Of a stretch of 64,000 bases of DNA, positions 1-13,773 are shown piece by piece; the first letter of the stretch is position 1, and the number at the start of each line of letters is the position of its first letter. The position numbers and the translations under genes are program-made. The notes beneath the pieces are model-generated. The model worked only from the letters and a program-made list of their open reading frames with translations, was not told the origin of the DNA and did not search any database. The DNA comes from Lytechinus pictus (Eukaryota), in contig NC_087251.1 in NCBI RefSeq assembly GCF_037042905.1, forward strand, positions 10,666,001 through 10,730,000. Direction: 5' to 3'.

Positions 1-47
1 TCCATTTACGTTTTACCTAAAGATAATTTTGTTATATATTTTCTCAC

Positions 48-2022
48 CTGAATAAAAGCTACAAATGGAATGTTCTGAAAGGAATGGAGACCTTCTGGCA
101 CCAGATCACCAAATCCAATAGTTGACAACGAGATAATGGAAAAGTAATGACTGTTGATAAATGACCATCCCTGTGTGTAACTAAAAATAACAGTCGACAG
201 CAAGACCAATGATACATAGGCGACAATGAGGCCGTTGATGACGCAAACAACATTCTTGATTCGAGGGTGTGATATCTTGAAATTCTGGCATCTGATCCAT
301 TTCTTGGTTGCATGGAATAAGCGGGAATGAAGATACTGAAATATCTCGCCAACTGTGAAGAGAAGAGCGGCCATCATCGTTATGCCGAAGACAGCGAAGA
401 AGACGCAGAAGTACTCACCAAGCGCCGTACGAGGGGCCAGTTTGCCATATCCTGCATAATATAGGTTTCGAGATAACGGGGACATGATGAAACAAAATAA
501 TTGCCGTGGAGAACAATAACACCCAAGAAAAAGAATGATAAACAAAATTTAAAACCAATTCCTGATACATAAAGGATCGTAATAATCACAAATGCAATTA
601 ATGTTTCGACTGAAAAGGAAAACAAAATGTCTCAGGAGACAATAAGGGATTGATTCAGTTCAAGAATAGGGAACTAGTATTTTATGTAAAGAGAGATATG
701 ACAAAGAAATTATAGGGCGATTCCATACGTGTCGTACGGGACATCTTGACAACAATTTACAGTCTCTTAGCCGAGCTTGCGCAATAAACTTTCTTTTTTT
801 GTCAACGATAAAGCTAAAGCGGGTAGTATTGTGTAAAACTGACAACCAACAAAAATGTTCGAGTACGGGTGAATTAAAGGTGAAAACGTTGTGTGTCGTA
901 CAGGACTCTGAAATGTCCCGTATGACACGCAACATTTTCACCCCTAATTCATCAATGGAAAACATATTTTTGTTGGTTGTCATTCTTTTATATGACTGCC
1001 CAGTAGTACTTTAATACTACAACCAAACAAATTGAGGTTCCTCGTTTATTTGGACAACAGGTTTAAAAGTGTTGTGAAAATGGCTGATTTTTCTAGCATG
1101 GAATCGCCCAATATAGAAAAATATGTATTGAGGCTAAAAGGGCTAGACATGAAATTTTCTTAGAACTTACCAATATCAAAAGTAAATTTAGATGGAATCT
1201 AGGAGTGTCTATTGGGAGCGTCTCAGTGACCGATTAGAGAAAAATGTTCAGCTTTTTTATCCCCCGTCCCCACCCTTCCCTAATTCAACAACATAACCAT
1301 TGGTAATATAATTTGTTCAAGGGAGAATTATAGGGGTTGACATAATTATCCCACTACGGAACAATTTTGGAAATAAAAATCCCACAAAACAAACAAACTG
1401 AAACAATTCATACTTTTCAAAACTTTAAAATTGTTAAAGTTACTACTAAAGGACCAATACTGAATTTAAAAGTTTTAGAGTGAAGATCAGCTAAGATCAG
1501 CTAATGCACGGCCTGCTAGAAGTTTGAGGTCTTAAGTTATGTTCACAAAGTGGCACTCGTATCGAATATCATACAAAAGGCAAAATGAATTGATTACTGC
1601 ATCATCTTACCAATTGTAGTCACAACTGTGAAGGAGAACATAAAACTATGGTGAATCGACCAATGTTCCTCTCCGAAAGCATTTTGATGAAACATTTCTG
1701 TGGATGTATAACCAGCATGGTATGACCCTTCACCGATAGCTCGAGACACGATGCCCATCAAGTCATTAACATCGTCATCGTCGAGGCAATCGTTCTCTTC
1801 TGCTAATTCAATTAGAAAATGTTTGAATTCATCGGCGGCTTTGTAGGCTGGTTTTTGCTCGAGAGCAGTGAAGATGAAAGCACCAGCAAAGAGATACCCG
1901 ATGAGTACTATCAGTAGAACCAGAGTTTTGAGCCAATTTAGTGCTAGGGGTATAGGACTATGTGATCGACTATCTTCCTCTTCTACAGCACGAAGGCTGC
2001 TACCAGATCGTTGTGCGATCAT
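48..2022 (-). CDS. KCNK: Two-pore-domain (K2P) potassium channel, TREK/TALK-like; 5' part only (coding exons 1611-2022 and 48-451; gene continues beyond left edge)
   Basis: Exon 2022-1611 encodes M1 (LVLLIVLIGYLFAGAFIFTALE), a cap with Cys (ENDCL) and pore helix WSIHHSFMFSFTVVTTIG, ending at a GTAAG donor (phase 1). Exon 451-48 starts after TATGCAG and completes P1 TTIG|YGKLAPRT, then M2, M3 and P2 SHYFSIISLSTIGFGDLVP, ending at CAG|GTGAGA. Two pore loops in one chain define K2P; the subfamily is a guess. Confidence 0.93.
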
Positions 2023-2754
2023 TCTCTGAATCCCTTCAGTTCATGAAAAATAAAATCTAAAAGACAAACATATTGACAAGACTAGACAAAATATGCGCAG
2101 GCGTAATGTGTTAATATCTATCATTTCCACCAGTACACATGGCAACTCCAAACTTGTTGTTTTGTTCCATGATTAGAAAAGTGACACATTATGTATCTTT
2201 CTATAGGGAGATCACATAACCACTATAAACAAATATGCTGGTTATTCATATTTAGGTAGTTACTTATACGAGAATCAACTCTTCATCACTGTTTGACAAG
2301 GCTTGCACAGAATGACGCAGAACGTGACCAGATATCTTCTGAGGAATCCTACTGGTAGCCTATATAGACCTTAATAATGTGCCATTTATTAAGATCATTG
2401 CACACACGAACATCTTTATCACAAATCAATTTAGTGATTTGTAAACACATTAAAAAAATTATTTTGTTGTTGTAAACGAATCTGTGATTCGATTGCCTGC
2501 TATATACGTGAATTAACTCTCTTTTAAGCTGTTTGTTCCCTTGAGTATAAGGTTCATTTGTAGATTTTTGTTTTAAATATCTATAACTTGTTACTTTATA
2601 TACATGTACAATAGAAATGTTGATGTGTGAGCGCCATGAGCGTGCTTGGATGGTCCCGGTGGATGGTACATGCATATCATGTGCGCTCTGTAAAACAACA
2701 CCATTATTATCTGCCTCGTTTAAGTTTGTTTTTATCATGATATAATTATGTACG

Positions 2755-2900
2755 CTTAAAAGTCGAGTCCACCCCAGCAAAAAGTTGACTTGAATAAAAA
2801 GAGAAATCAAACAATCCTAATACCAAATCTTTAATCAAAATCGGATGTTAAATAAAAAAGTTATGACAATTAAATTTACACTTATTTTCACAACTCAGTG
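2755..2900. mobile_element. Degenerate end of a TTAA-flanked (Kolobok-like) MITE
   Basis: TTAAAAGTCGAGTCCACCCC start plus the ATCAAAATCGGAT...AAAGTTAT motif shared with the intact element at 7252-7830. A similar end TTAAAGGTCAAGTCCACCC lies at 15121. Confidence 0.45.
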
Positions 2901-5454
2901 ATATGAAAAATTGAGAGCCGGTCCTGCATGTTGCTGTGCACTATTTATTTCAAGTCTTATTATTTTCCTTTCCGTTTTAAGTCCTCTGATATTTTATTAG
3001 TTTGATAGTTACTTTCCTAAATTCAGCATTTGAGTTACACTGGGACCATGATATTGGGGTTGTCAACAAAGAATGTTTTCCGTTAAAAAGAGTAAGAATA
3101 AAACAAGCCCAATGATGTTAGCTTATTGATGAAATCAACGGGTAATAGCATGGTTTAGTTAAAGATTCTTATTGGTTTACTGTTACACCGTTAAGAGCAA
3201 CTCCTCAATTACATCCCCTTTCCGGGTAATTCATTCATTTTATCAAATGCTTTAGATAGGTCAAGGAATAACCCCGTAAAGTATTGACAAAATGATTCGA
3301 TATATTAGGCGAAGATTTCATGTGCTGAATACTAGTACGAGTTGTGTTTCATTTCACCAAGCAGTGTTTGGGGGAATCTTTTTTTCATTAAGTTCATTGT
3401 TCTGTATTAATTTTTATGTGTAAAAAGTGTTGAAAAGAATTATAAACCCGATTAAGATCTTTGCTTGTATAACGAACTACAAAATAAGATATCATCAAAC
3501 ATTGAGAGACAAGAGGTCATTAAACCCAACGTAGGTGTCATTTTTTCGCGCGAGGAATGAAAACATAGTTTGACTTTCGACTCCTATAGAATATCTGAAG
3601 ATTATCTATATGCATACAGGCGACCCCTTTTATTCGGGGGGGGGGGGGGATCTTCGTGTACAAGTCTCTAAAATGGTTTTGTTGCTATTGATATTATGAA
3701 AGAATAGTAATGAATTGTTACGAAATTGTCACTAATGGCCAGTCCAAAGAATTGCTATGAAAGTCAGAGTTTCTAAAATAATAATTTGTCTGTCAGCAAT
3801 AAGTCTTGTACGAGTAATAATTATGCCTATATATCACTGGGTGTATCATGGTCCCTTTGTGGTAGGGTCCATGGGTGCATATTCCAATATCGGCAATTCT
3901 CCCTCTCCACAAGAAGGTGTGATGGATGCAGAAAGAAAGAATTCAATGGCTCAAACATCATCACATTTACAGGCAGTCATATAAAATGATATCACTAAAC
4001 CCCACGATATGAATAAGCTAGAATTTGATAGTTTATGTTTATTAGTATGAAAAAAGGTGATTACTACATTCCTTTTTCAGATCTCTTTAACTTATCAAGT
4101 TCATAACCATAGACCGATCTTCCATTACATTCCATTTCATTTGTCCATTAAGTCTAGTCATGAAGCTCAATCACTGTTATGTAGATCTCAAGCAATAGAA
4201 GAGGACGCCTCAAGTAATACCTAATATACATTAACTCACAATTTTCCTTTAGAAAAAAAGTATAACAAATTTCATTACATGATTGATTTACATTTGATAT
4301 TAATGCATTACCTGTGCCGCATAATTTACCCCCTTTTTTTTGTACTTTTCGTCTTTTTTCATACGTTTCGGTTTTTCTTTCTTTCTTTATTTTTTACTAT
4401 TGTTTTATTTTTTTTTCCGTTTCATTATCCTTTGGCAAACCCATCTCACGGGTTAGAAAAAAAAAACTTGGAAAACCATGCAATTCATTATCTATCAACT
4501 AATATGTTATTGTTTTTATGCTTACTTCATCTTATTTGTGAAATAAACACAATAAAAATATTTTTAAGTTGGTTTATATCCCTGCCTATACCTACCCCTC
4601 AACAAAACAAAACAATTTCTAACTGGGAGGGCCATGTATATCAGAATCCAACAATATAACTCATGTTTGTTAGTAATCATACCGAGGGCTAATGGCCATA
4701 TTCTCGAAAATTTGAACGGACTGTGACATGGATATATTCCCAGTTTAACTTCTTTTGTTTTATCCTCAGCACACCTGCTGATAAGGGTTAAATTATATTG
4801 AAATTCATTCTATGTGCACTAATACACCGATGTACATGTAATTTTGAACCAAAGCCAGTATAGCATCCCATTACTTGTCAACTACAAAAGCAAAACCACT
4901 GCTTTAATTTCTGCAAGGTTTTGTCCCCCCCCTCCCTCCCCCCAAAAAAATATTCAGAAATAATTAGTAGTCAATTATAGTGTTTGACATTTCAATCTTC
5001 CCAGACAAATTGAACACCAAAAAAAACTGAATTACAGGAGAAATTGTAAACTTTTTTTAAAATTTTAATCATCATAAAATTTGGTAATAATCATTATTTA
5101 TAATCATTCTTCAAACAAATACCATCACATTTGATTATGTGCTATCTAAAGTCTGATGTCTTATCTGGGTTCCCTAAGCTATGAATACTGGAGCAGACCT
5201 TGAAAGAAAATAAAAATAGTATCTTGCACATGTCCACAAAAAAAAAAAAAATCATAATTCCCTCCTGTAATTCTCCTAAACATAATACATTAACAAAGCT
5301 GTACTATAAAGGTAAACCATGGTCAGGGGCAGTGGCATAAGGGGGCAAGGGAGAAATACCCCACATAATTTTCAAGTAGTAAAAAATAGGGGAAAAGAGA
5401 AGAAAAGAGGGGGGGGGGGAGAAGAGAAGAGTAAAAGAAAAAGGTGTTTCACGA

Positions 5455-5735
5455 ACGAGTCTCGCCTGATTTCGCGATCAATAAAATATGCAATATTGTC
5501 TCTTGACCCGGACCTTTGACCTTATCATTCTGAAGAACACATATGTGGTATTACCCAAAGATTATTTGTACCAAGTATAAACACAATTGATGCAGATATA
5601 AAGAAATGAGAGCAAGTTGAACAAAAACTTTACCATTTTTTAACAGACTAACATACTAACAGACCAATGGACTAATAGACCAACAGGAAAAGTGATAACT
5701 TGGTCTCTGCCGAACTTCGTTCCAGTGAGACAAAA
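5455..5735 (-). mobile_element. Short Helentron-like non-autonomous remnant
   Basis: GTCTCGCCTG near the left end, a GTCTC...GTGAGACAAAA hairpin at the right end and TGACC-rich internal sequence. These are the same signatures as the larger element at 23755-26799. Confidence 0.5.
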
Positions 5736-6184
5736 AAAAAGGACGTTATAGGAGAAACTCTTTAAAGCCTATTTAGTTTTGGGAAATCCCCAAAAAGTGC
5801 AAGTCTTAATTGAAATTCATTTACTAGATCATATGAATGCATGTGCCCCAAAATGGTTATGTTGAGAAGAAATAATTTAACAATGTGTTTTATTTGATAA
5901 ATTGATTTGACATAAAAATTTATTCTGATTAGATTCCACCAAAAATCAGGAAGTAATTTTGATAAAACAAATTATTGACTTAATTTTCTATTTGAAACAG
6001 CAAATATGAATTTGAGCATTCATTTACACAAGGTGGCAATGCCAGTTACATAATTGCATTCCACAATTGCCATGTTCACATAACATACAATTTGTTCCAA
6101 TTAAATCAGAAAATGATAATCATCTTATGAGTTACCAAAACCAAAGCCTTATGGCAGCAAGAAATATGACTAGATTTGGCAAAT

Positions 6185-6897
6185 GTGACCAGCCACTCTA
6201 AAACCAACAATATGTTACCCAGAATGAATTCGTCGATTTTTATTGAGATTGAAGAATCAAATCCTAAGCTTTAAATGATATATAACTTTGCAAAATTTGA
6301 TCAATAATATTCCACACAAGTACTTGACTGAATGGAGAAGAAATTCAGCAAGAGTTTAGGTTTCAAGTTCTGGGTTCACTCAAGCATGAGATGTGCACAC
6401 TGTGCAATCTCAATGAAAATCCCAAGTAGTACAAAATAAATAGTGTCAAAGAACTATTGTATCTTGTCATACATTCAGCTTCACAACTCCAAATTTTGAC
6501 TGTATGAAGAAGAATAGTTTACTGGTGTGTTGGCTCAGTTGATAGAGCATCCGCCTCACAACCGGGTGGTCAGGAGTTCAAACCCCGGCCACGTCAGACC
6601 AAAAGACGTTACAAGATGGGAGTTGCTGCTACCCTGTTTGGCGTTCAATGATGCAAAGCATAGAGCTATGTCGATCTGACTCTGCACAGTGACTGCAGGG
6701 CCCACAATCAATTGGGCAAAAAAATATTTCAGAGTATTTCTGTTTCAGATTTCTATTTCGAATAAATCATGGATATTCATATATTCATTCTTTCAGATAG
6801 GCTTTTTTTCAAAATTTTGCCTTTTGATGACTAAATTACTTTTTTGGCTATTTACAGAGAATCTTCCCTTGTGACTTGGTTTGGGGTGGCTGGTTAC
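6185..6897. mobile_element. MITE with 4-bp TSD (Sola1-like), interrupted by a SINE
   Basis: TIRs GTGACCAGCCACTCTAAAACCA / TGGTTTGGGGTGGCTGGTTAC, flanked by AAAT on both sides (6181-6184, 6898-6901). A related remnant lies at about 20578-20990. Superfamily inferred from the AWWT TSD. Confidence 0.7.
6521..6793 (+). mobile_element. tRNA-derived SINE (Meta-SINE-like central domain)
   Basis: Pol III A box TGGCTCAGTTGA and B box GGAGTTCAAACC in a tRNA-like head. A non-tRNA body follows (GTCAGACCAAAAGACGTT...GCTGCTACCCTGTTTGGCGTTCAA) and then a TTCAT-type tail. Domain name is from recalled resemblance only. Confidence 0.8.
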
Positions 6898-7251
6898 AAA
6901 TATCACTTTCAAAATCTTATGGTTACAAACATGTTTTAATAGGAATTACTTAAGGATCAGTGATCAAACAGTTATTTAAATTCATAAAACTTATATGAAT
7001 ACTTTATCAAAATGAAAAGAGTACTTTTCTACTAAGATACCGATGTACATAAAACAAGAAGAACAATAATAAATAGGACAATTGATGCAAGAACAAGGAA
7101 AATCCAGAATAAAGTTTTATAGGAACATTTTGATTTTCACTTACAAACATATCAAAGAGTCTCCAAAATGTTCTTAGGATTCAATATTTATGAAACAAGG
7201 GAACATGCAGGTTAGCTACACAAAAGTTCTGGAATGAACTTAAAGCCTTAA

Positions 7252-7830
7252 AGGGATGGTCCGGTCTGAAAATATTTATATCTTAATAAATAGAGTAGAA
7301 TTCACTGAGCAAAATGCCGAAAATTTCATCAAAATCGGATAACAAATAATAAAGTTATTGAAGTTTAAAGTTTAGCAGTATTATGTGAAAACAGTCGTCA
7401 TGAATATTCATTAGTTGGGCTGATGATGTCACATCTCCACTTTCCGTTTTCTTATGTTATTGCATAAAATCATAATTTTTTATTATTTCATACTTGTGTG
7501 AATAATGTCTCCCTTATAATGAAATAAGTTGCAGCAATAAATATCTAATGCACTAAATCAGCTGTCAATCCAATTTTTCTAGTTCTCGGAGGAAAAATTT
7601 TGAAGAAACCTGATTTCATATAATAAAATACAAAAGAACAAGTGGAGATGTGACATCATCAGCCCACCTAATGAATATTCATGACGACTGTTTTCACAAA
7701 ATATTGCTAAACTTTAAAATTCAATAACTTTGTTATTTGTTATCCGATTTTGATGAAATTTTCGGCATTTTTCTCAGTGAATTCTACTCTATTTATTAAG
7801 CTATATATACTTTCAGCCCCGACCATCCCT
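7252..7830. mobile_element. Kolobok-like MITE with about 190-bp near-perfect TIRs
   Basis: AGGGATGGTCCGG...GATGTCACATCTCCACTT on the left is the reverse complement of AAGTGGAGATGTGACATC...CGACCATCCCT on the right. It sits at TTAA (7248-7251; TTAA at 7830-7833). Confidence 0.85.
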
Positions 7831-9277
7831 TAAAGTCAATGTTTGATTACCCTTTTCTGGATGACAAGAATGAAATTGTATGATATCTTGAAAAGATGAT
7901 AATTATACTTCACATGATATGGCAAAAAATGTATATGCATAGGGAACAAATAGAAGGCAAACATCAAATACTTTAAAAAGGTTGCTATTTACTTCTTACA
8001 ATGAAGAGCAATAAATTGCAAAAACTTTAGAGAAGGTAAAATTTCTATAGCTTAATACTGAATTACATTTTTGGTTCACTGAAAAATATCAACCACTAAA
8101 AATTATTAGAAGTATTGAATATCTGTTAATTATCTTAGAAGTCAGAAGGATTAGATTGGTTTCAATCATATTATATTGCGGTCATTTTTATTTCATCACA
8201 TTAAGAAGAGTCCACTCAGTAAACTTATGCAAACACTAGCCATTAATTGATATTCATGCATATCTTACCATCATGTAATATTCAATTCATCCTCTCTCAG
8301 GGACTAATCATAAATGTTACATAATCAATCATCCTCTTAATAACCTGAAGGAACCATCAAGAAAGGATTGGAATATGATAATTTTAATTTGCTCTTCTAC
8401 GCTATGTTTCCAAATCTTGCTTTAAAAGTTAAAACCAACTTTTGTAAAGGCATTTTATTGCTATATGCCCACAAATATCACATTGACTATGGAGTTAAAT
8501 TCTGTGATCATTTGTTTATGACTTGCAATGTAGTGAAAATTTGCACCAAAGATAGAGCATTACAACACACTTTACCATTACTTGAACAAGTCCTTCCATT
8601 CAATATGTTACAAGCTACAGCTGGTAAATGTGTCTCCGTTTTTCCCACAATGCATAACAAAAAACTTGACCGACCAGTTTTTTATCTCTAGCTGGTGCTA
8701 TAGACACTGCATTCACTGCAGCAGTGGCGGACCCAGGGATAGTAAAATCGTAAGTTGTCATTAAATAAAATTAAAAAAACATACATTTTCTTGGGACCAC
8801 CTACCTGGTGTCAAGGGGAGAGGGTATTAGAAGGATGACCCTTTTTCTATTTATTTTTATGGGTAAGTAAAGAATGTAAGTGACCTTCAAGTGATTTTTT
8901 TTGCTTAATAGAAAGTTTGTAAGAAAAAAAGAGCCAGTTATGGGAACCCTAGTCTGCCACTGACTTGCAGTATACCTTGATCCACACATCTCTTCAAAAT
9001 ATATAGAAAATGTTTGTAATTTTGGATTGGTTTGAACAGCAGCAGAAAAAAAAACCAACGACAACAACCCCCCCTTGAACAGAAAATATGGAAATTAAAT
9101 TGTAACCTCTCAATGAACAGCACACTTAGAAGTCTAATAATCCTACAATAACAAAGTAAAAACTAGAACTGCAATCGTATCAGAACGATGTGCATGCATT
9201 GACGCCTGTGCTTTGATAGAGGGCAACAAACAGGAGATAGAGTGAAAAACTCTAGATGATATACATATTCAAAATGT

Positions 9278-10830
9278 TAGAGGGCGCTATTTCACAAAGG
9301 AATGGTCACTGATGCGTAAAACGCAATTGGATTATGTGAAATGATACAATTGCAGAGCTGCCAAGTTGTATTTTGCATTTTCAGTATTCTTATCCCCCAA
9401 AATCAGTATTTTGACAAAAAAGTCAGTATTTTTATCATGTGAGATAAATATTTTGTATTTTTCCCCCAAAAAGTGTATTTCATAATAAAATGCTTGGCGC
9501 ACTCGCCCATCACGGCGCTCAAGCTGCATGCAAGCTAACATGCGCACTGCTCTTGCAGATGAAAAAAAAAACCATTGAAACTTGTGTATATCTCACCCTG
9601 GTTTTTACAAAGTGATAAAAAAAAAATTACCTGAAATTACATTGATCTAATAACCATATTTGTGTACGTTTTATGAAATAGAGACATATAGAGATGATTT
9701 TTCTCAATAAATTACGATTTTGTAAAAAACAAACAAAAAAAAACACATATTTTTAAAGAAAAAACGTACTGCCGTATTTTGGTTGCAAAAACGTACTAAA
9801 TACGGCTAAAACGTACTGGTTGGCAGGTCTGCAATTGGCAAACCCTGAAAATATGAGACCAAAATAAATTAAAAAAACAAGAAAGTTATGGCAATTTTAC
9901 TATTTTCCGACTTTGCAAAAGAGGGCGCTATTTTATAGGGTAATCGTCACCGATGCATACATAAACATTTGAGGGATGATACCCTTAGCAAACCCTGAAA
10001 ATATGAGACCAAAATGATTGAAAACAAAGAAGTTATGGCCATTTTACTATTTTCGACTTTTCAATAGATGGCACTATTTCTAAAGATAATGGTCACTGAT
10101 GCGTAACAAACCATTGAATTATGAAGGATGTTACCATAAGCAAACCCTGAAAATATTAGACAAAAATGAATGAAAACAAGGAAATTATGGCTATTTTACT
10201 ATTTTGAACTTTTCAATAGAGGGCGCTATTTTTAAAGTTAATAGTCACTGATGCGTAAAAAACAAAGGAATTAGAAAACATGTCACCTTTAGCAAACTCT
10301 GAAAATATTAGACCAAAATGAATGAAAACAAAGAAGTTATGGCAATTTTACTATTTTCGACTTTTCAATAGAGGGCGCTATTTATTGATGTAATGGTTAC
10401 TGATGCATTAAAAACGTTTTAATTACAAAAAATGATACCCTGAGCAAACCCTGAAAATATGAGACCAAAATGATTGAAAACTAGGAAATTATGGCCATTT
10501 TACTATTTTCGACTTTTCAATAGAGGGCGCTTTTTCTTAAAGGTAATGGTCACTGATGCGTAAAAAGCAAATGGATTATGAAGGATGATATCATAAGCCA
10601 ACCCTGAAAATATAAGACCGAAATGAATGATAACAACAAAGTTATTGTCATTTTACTATTTGTTGACTTTGCAATAAAGGGCGCTATATGTAAATTAAAT
10701 GGTCACTGATGCGTAAAAATTTATTGAATTGTGTAGGATGATACCATTAGTGAACCATGAAAATATGTGACGGAAATGAATAAAAAACAAGGAAGTTATG
10801 GCTATTTTACGATTTTCCTACTTTGCATTT
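9278..10830. repeat. Tandem array, about 152-bp unit, about 7 copies plus a partial copy
   Basis: AACCCTGAAAATA-type anchor recurs at 9841, 9991, 10143, 10295, 10447, 10600 and 10753. GAGGGCGCTATT and GGTCACTGATGCGTAA recur in register. Confidence 0.95.
9353..9831. mobile_element. 479-bp MITE with 6-bp TSD inserted in the tandem array
   Basis: TIRs CAGAGCTGCCAAG / GTTGGCAGGTCTG, with CAATTG duplicated at 9347-9352 and 9832-9837. Confidence 0.85.
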
Positions 10831-11244
10831 CAATAAATATTAAAATTTTGAACGTAGACTATCTTGGATTTGAATTAAGGGTAAGAAGACGGCATTTTGA
10901 AGGGCAAGTCGTAGTTTTTATATGAAAGAGCAACTCTACTGCAATTTGTTAGAAGTCTGTAGCATGCAGGATAAGGGAGTTAGGACGGGATTAGGAATGG
11001 TATGCAAATGGACTTGAAATTTACAAAATGGCGCCTGGATGGTCATGCATGAGTGATTTTGGAAAATGGAAGACGAGGTGCACAACTAGGGATGCTGGAC
11101 AACATGTCTAACAAAAACTATGTGTTAAACGAATGAGATTTTGTGGAAGAAGCAGACAAAAGAAGACGACGGAATAGGAATACGGAACAACAACAGAGCA
11201 TTGTCGCCTGTAGGCGTCAATGCAAGGAAATGCCAATTACTGTA

Positions 11245-12106
11245 TAGGGGAAGGCGGGGTAAGTTGTGACACTTTTTGCATTTTGCATGATAGAATTGAT
11301 ATGACTAATAATATTGTAGAAATAAGTACCTTGCCTTTAAATATGATTCTTGGGAAATCTTTTTCACCTATATACAACTTTCTACCCCCACACTGAAAGT
11401 CGTTGTGACCTTTGAAAAAAACGATGTCAAGTGGCACAACTTGCCCAATCTATGGGGTAAGTTGTGCCACCTTCGAGGGTAAGTTGACCCACAAAAACTA
11501 TGTACAAAATGTATGCTGGAAGAACCAGCATGTCAATTTTTTATTTAAAGTCTTTTCACTTGCTAATTCTCTAAAAATACCAACATTCTCTAAAAGTAAA
11601 AGAACTGTCATGTGAATTTGCTCTTTTCTGCCTGCATATCGATGGCTTTTTAAGGTTTGATTGTGTTTTTGTTTACATTACCATAAGAATTACCATGGCT
11701 CAACTTGCCCCATGTTTGCTGGCTCAACTTACCCCAGTCCGAACTTAATGCGATTATTTCGCATCCACACATTTCTTATGTATCCATCATGTAAAAGACT
11801 GTGACAAGAATGAAGATCCATACCTGGACTGACAATGTTGTTCTTATGCTTTATTATATGTAAAGAAGTGTGTGTGTAAAAAACACTTATCTATTTCACA
11901 CCCTTTTTTACTTTTTGGCTGAAATTTGTATTTTTCCCTCTAAAAATATACTTTTTGTTTCAAAGTTGAAAACAATGTGGTGGGGTTAATGGTTATGTAA
12001 TGGGTCATCAATACATGACACCACCATAATGTCTGACTCATTCATTATTGGCCTGGGGGCGGTGGCTCAACTTGCCCCTATGCTCAACTTACCCCGCCTT
12101 CCCCTA
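11245..12106. mobile_element. MITE, TA-bounded (pogo/Tc1-mariner-like)
   Basis: Perfect TIR TAGGGGAAGGCGGGGTAAGTTG / CAACTTACCCCGCCTTCCCCTA. Internal repeats of GGGGTAAGTTG / CAACTTRCCCC; no ORF. Confidence 0.85.
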
Positions 12107-13773
12107 CTGTTGAAAGGCACAGAAGTGATCAAATAGACTGAGATTCAGCTATACTAGTAGGTCACTAAATAAGCAGGGGTACATATTTCTCGAGCATTCA
12201 GTTACAGATCATATGGAAAAACACATTTTCCCATTTGTCAGTCCCATTGAAATTTTATTTGTCAAAATTCTTACTATACCTTATGACTGGAAAATTATTA
12301 CTTCGGAAGTTTTTTTTTCAATAGTATGTTACAAGTAATTTCCCAAGAGAGGGCAAAATATAGCTATAATGACTAATGAGTACTTTTGGCTTAGAAGCCG
12401 ACTTGACTTGGTACATCGTATTCAAAATGGTATTGCTATTTTCTCTTTGCAAATCTAGTGGTATTTTTTTTTACTGAATGTCATACATTTAAAAAAACAA
12501 CCCCTCCCCAAGATGGGGGTTATAATATGGTAAGACCAGTGGCATATTCTTTGTAAGTTATATTTGTTGTTTTTACCTCAGTATAATTAGGTAAATTTGA
12601 ACATCATTTTACAAAACGTATCATTCATGTTAAAACAAGGTGTGAAATACAAATGGTTTATTCATAGCAGCCAAAATAAAATGTCTACAAAATAATTTTT
12701 GGAAAAGCCCAAGACCAGGAAGGAAGAACAGAGAGGGAAATTGGGAGAAAGTGTCACCTCAATGTCAAGAAATGATTTATGTACGCTTCATCAGATTAAA
12801 AAAAAAATCAATTTCTATCAAATGTAAGACACATTTGGAAATAATCTTTACCTTTATCCCTAATATAGCCTGGTTATTTGGACCCATCTCATAGCCAGAA
12901 CTCACTTTTTGAGCAACTACATAATGTTGCATAATTTTGTCACCGCACACCCGTGCGTTGCAAATTTGGTCTCAAAACTAGCATGTGACTTGAGTGGCGT
13001 GGTCAAACATTTCACATGGTGAATTTATTGTGAAAAATGTATCTATTGGAAAGATTATAGGATATTTAAACCTGTATCGTAGAACTGCCAGTTCTCTGAG
13101 ATAGCAAAATGACAAATTTTAACAAATATCTTGATTTTTAAAAAAGAAACTATGAAATTATATTTTGCATCGAAGAAATGACCATATCTTCATCATAAAA
13201 AAAACTAAAATCTCTGATTAGTAAATACACCTTTTTTTCTTTGACTTTCCAAACGGCAAATCGATCACTGTTTTCCTTTATACTGCACAGTAACTTTATC
13301 CATGGGTGTAAATGTTATTAGAGCATTGTCATGGAATCCAACATTCTAAGAATGTAGCTTACATAACCTAAAAATAAAACAACTCTTTTACCAGAATATA
13401 TTTGCTTGGTACTTGGCAGAAAATAGAGAAAAGTCACACTTCATCCTCTTATTGCAATCAATGGCACAACTTTAATGCACCCCGACCCCTTAATTCGAAT
13501 GCATCGTTAATATTGTGTCAATAGAATAATGCTCTACCATAGCTCTATTAAACTATAAAGTAGCAAGAACAGCATACAATGTTGTGCGATCAGAGAAAAA
13601 TCACCATTATGGACTCTTTTCAGCTGGCACACAACTGGAATTTGGCATTGTAAAATCAGCTGCTTTGTAAAATATTACAATACAAGGTCAAGGTGATACT
13701 TGAAGAAACAAATCCTGAGTCATTGAATTGTCAAATCAGAGTGATTTATCATTGTGCCGGTATGTGATGTATG

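Larger units (their letters stand above)
9162..11225 (-). mobile_element. Helentron/Helitron2-type non-autonomous element with internal tandem array
   Basis: On the minus strand: 5' palindromic subTIR GCATTGACGCC-TACA-GGCGACAATGC (11198-11223), matching 3' subTIR CAGGCGTCAATGC (9196-9208), then hairpin TGCACATCGT..ACGATTGCA and terminal CTAGT (9162-9166). Confidence 0.75.

Noticed and set aside
6521..6595. tRNA gene (CAC anticodon-like loop)
   Set aside because: Acceptor and anticodon stems are imperfect and the sequence runs straight into a SINE body and tail. The same applies to the heads at 14765 and 28678.
9278..10830. CRISPR-like repeat-spacer array
   Set aside because: The whole 152-bp unit is repeated with no unique spacers, there are no cas genes, and the context is eukaryotic.
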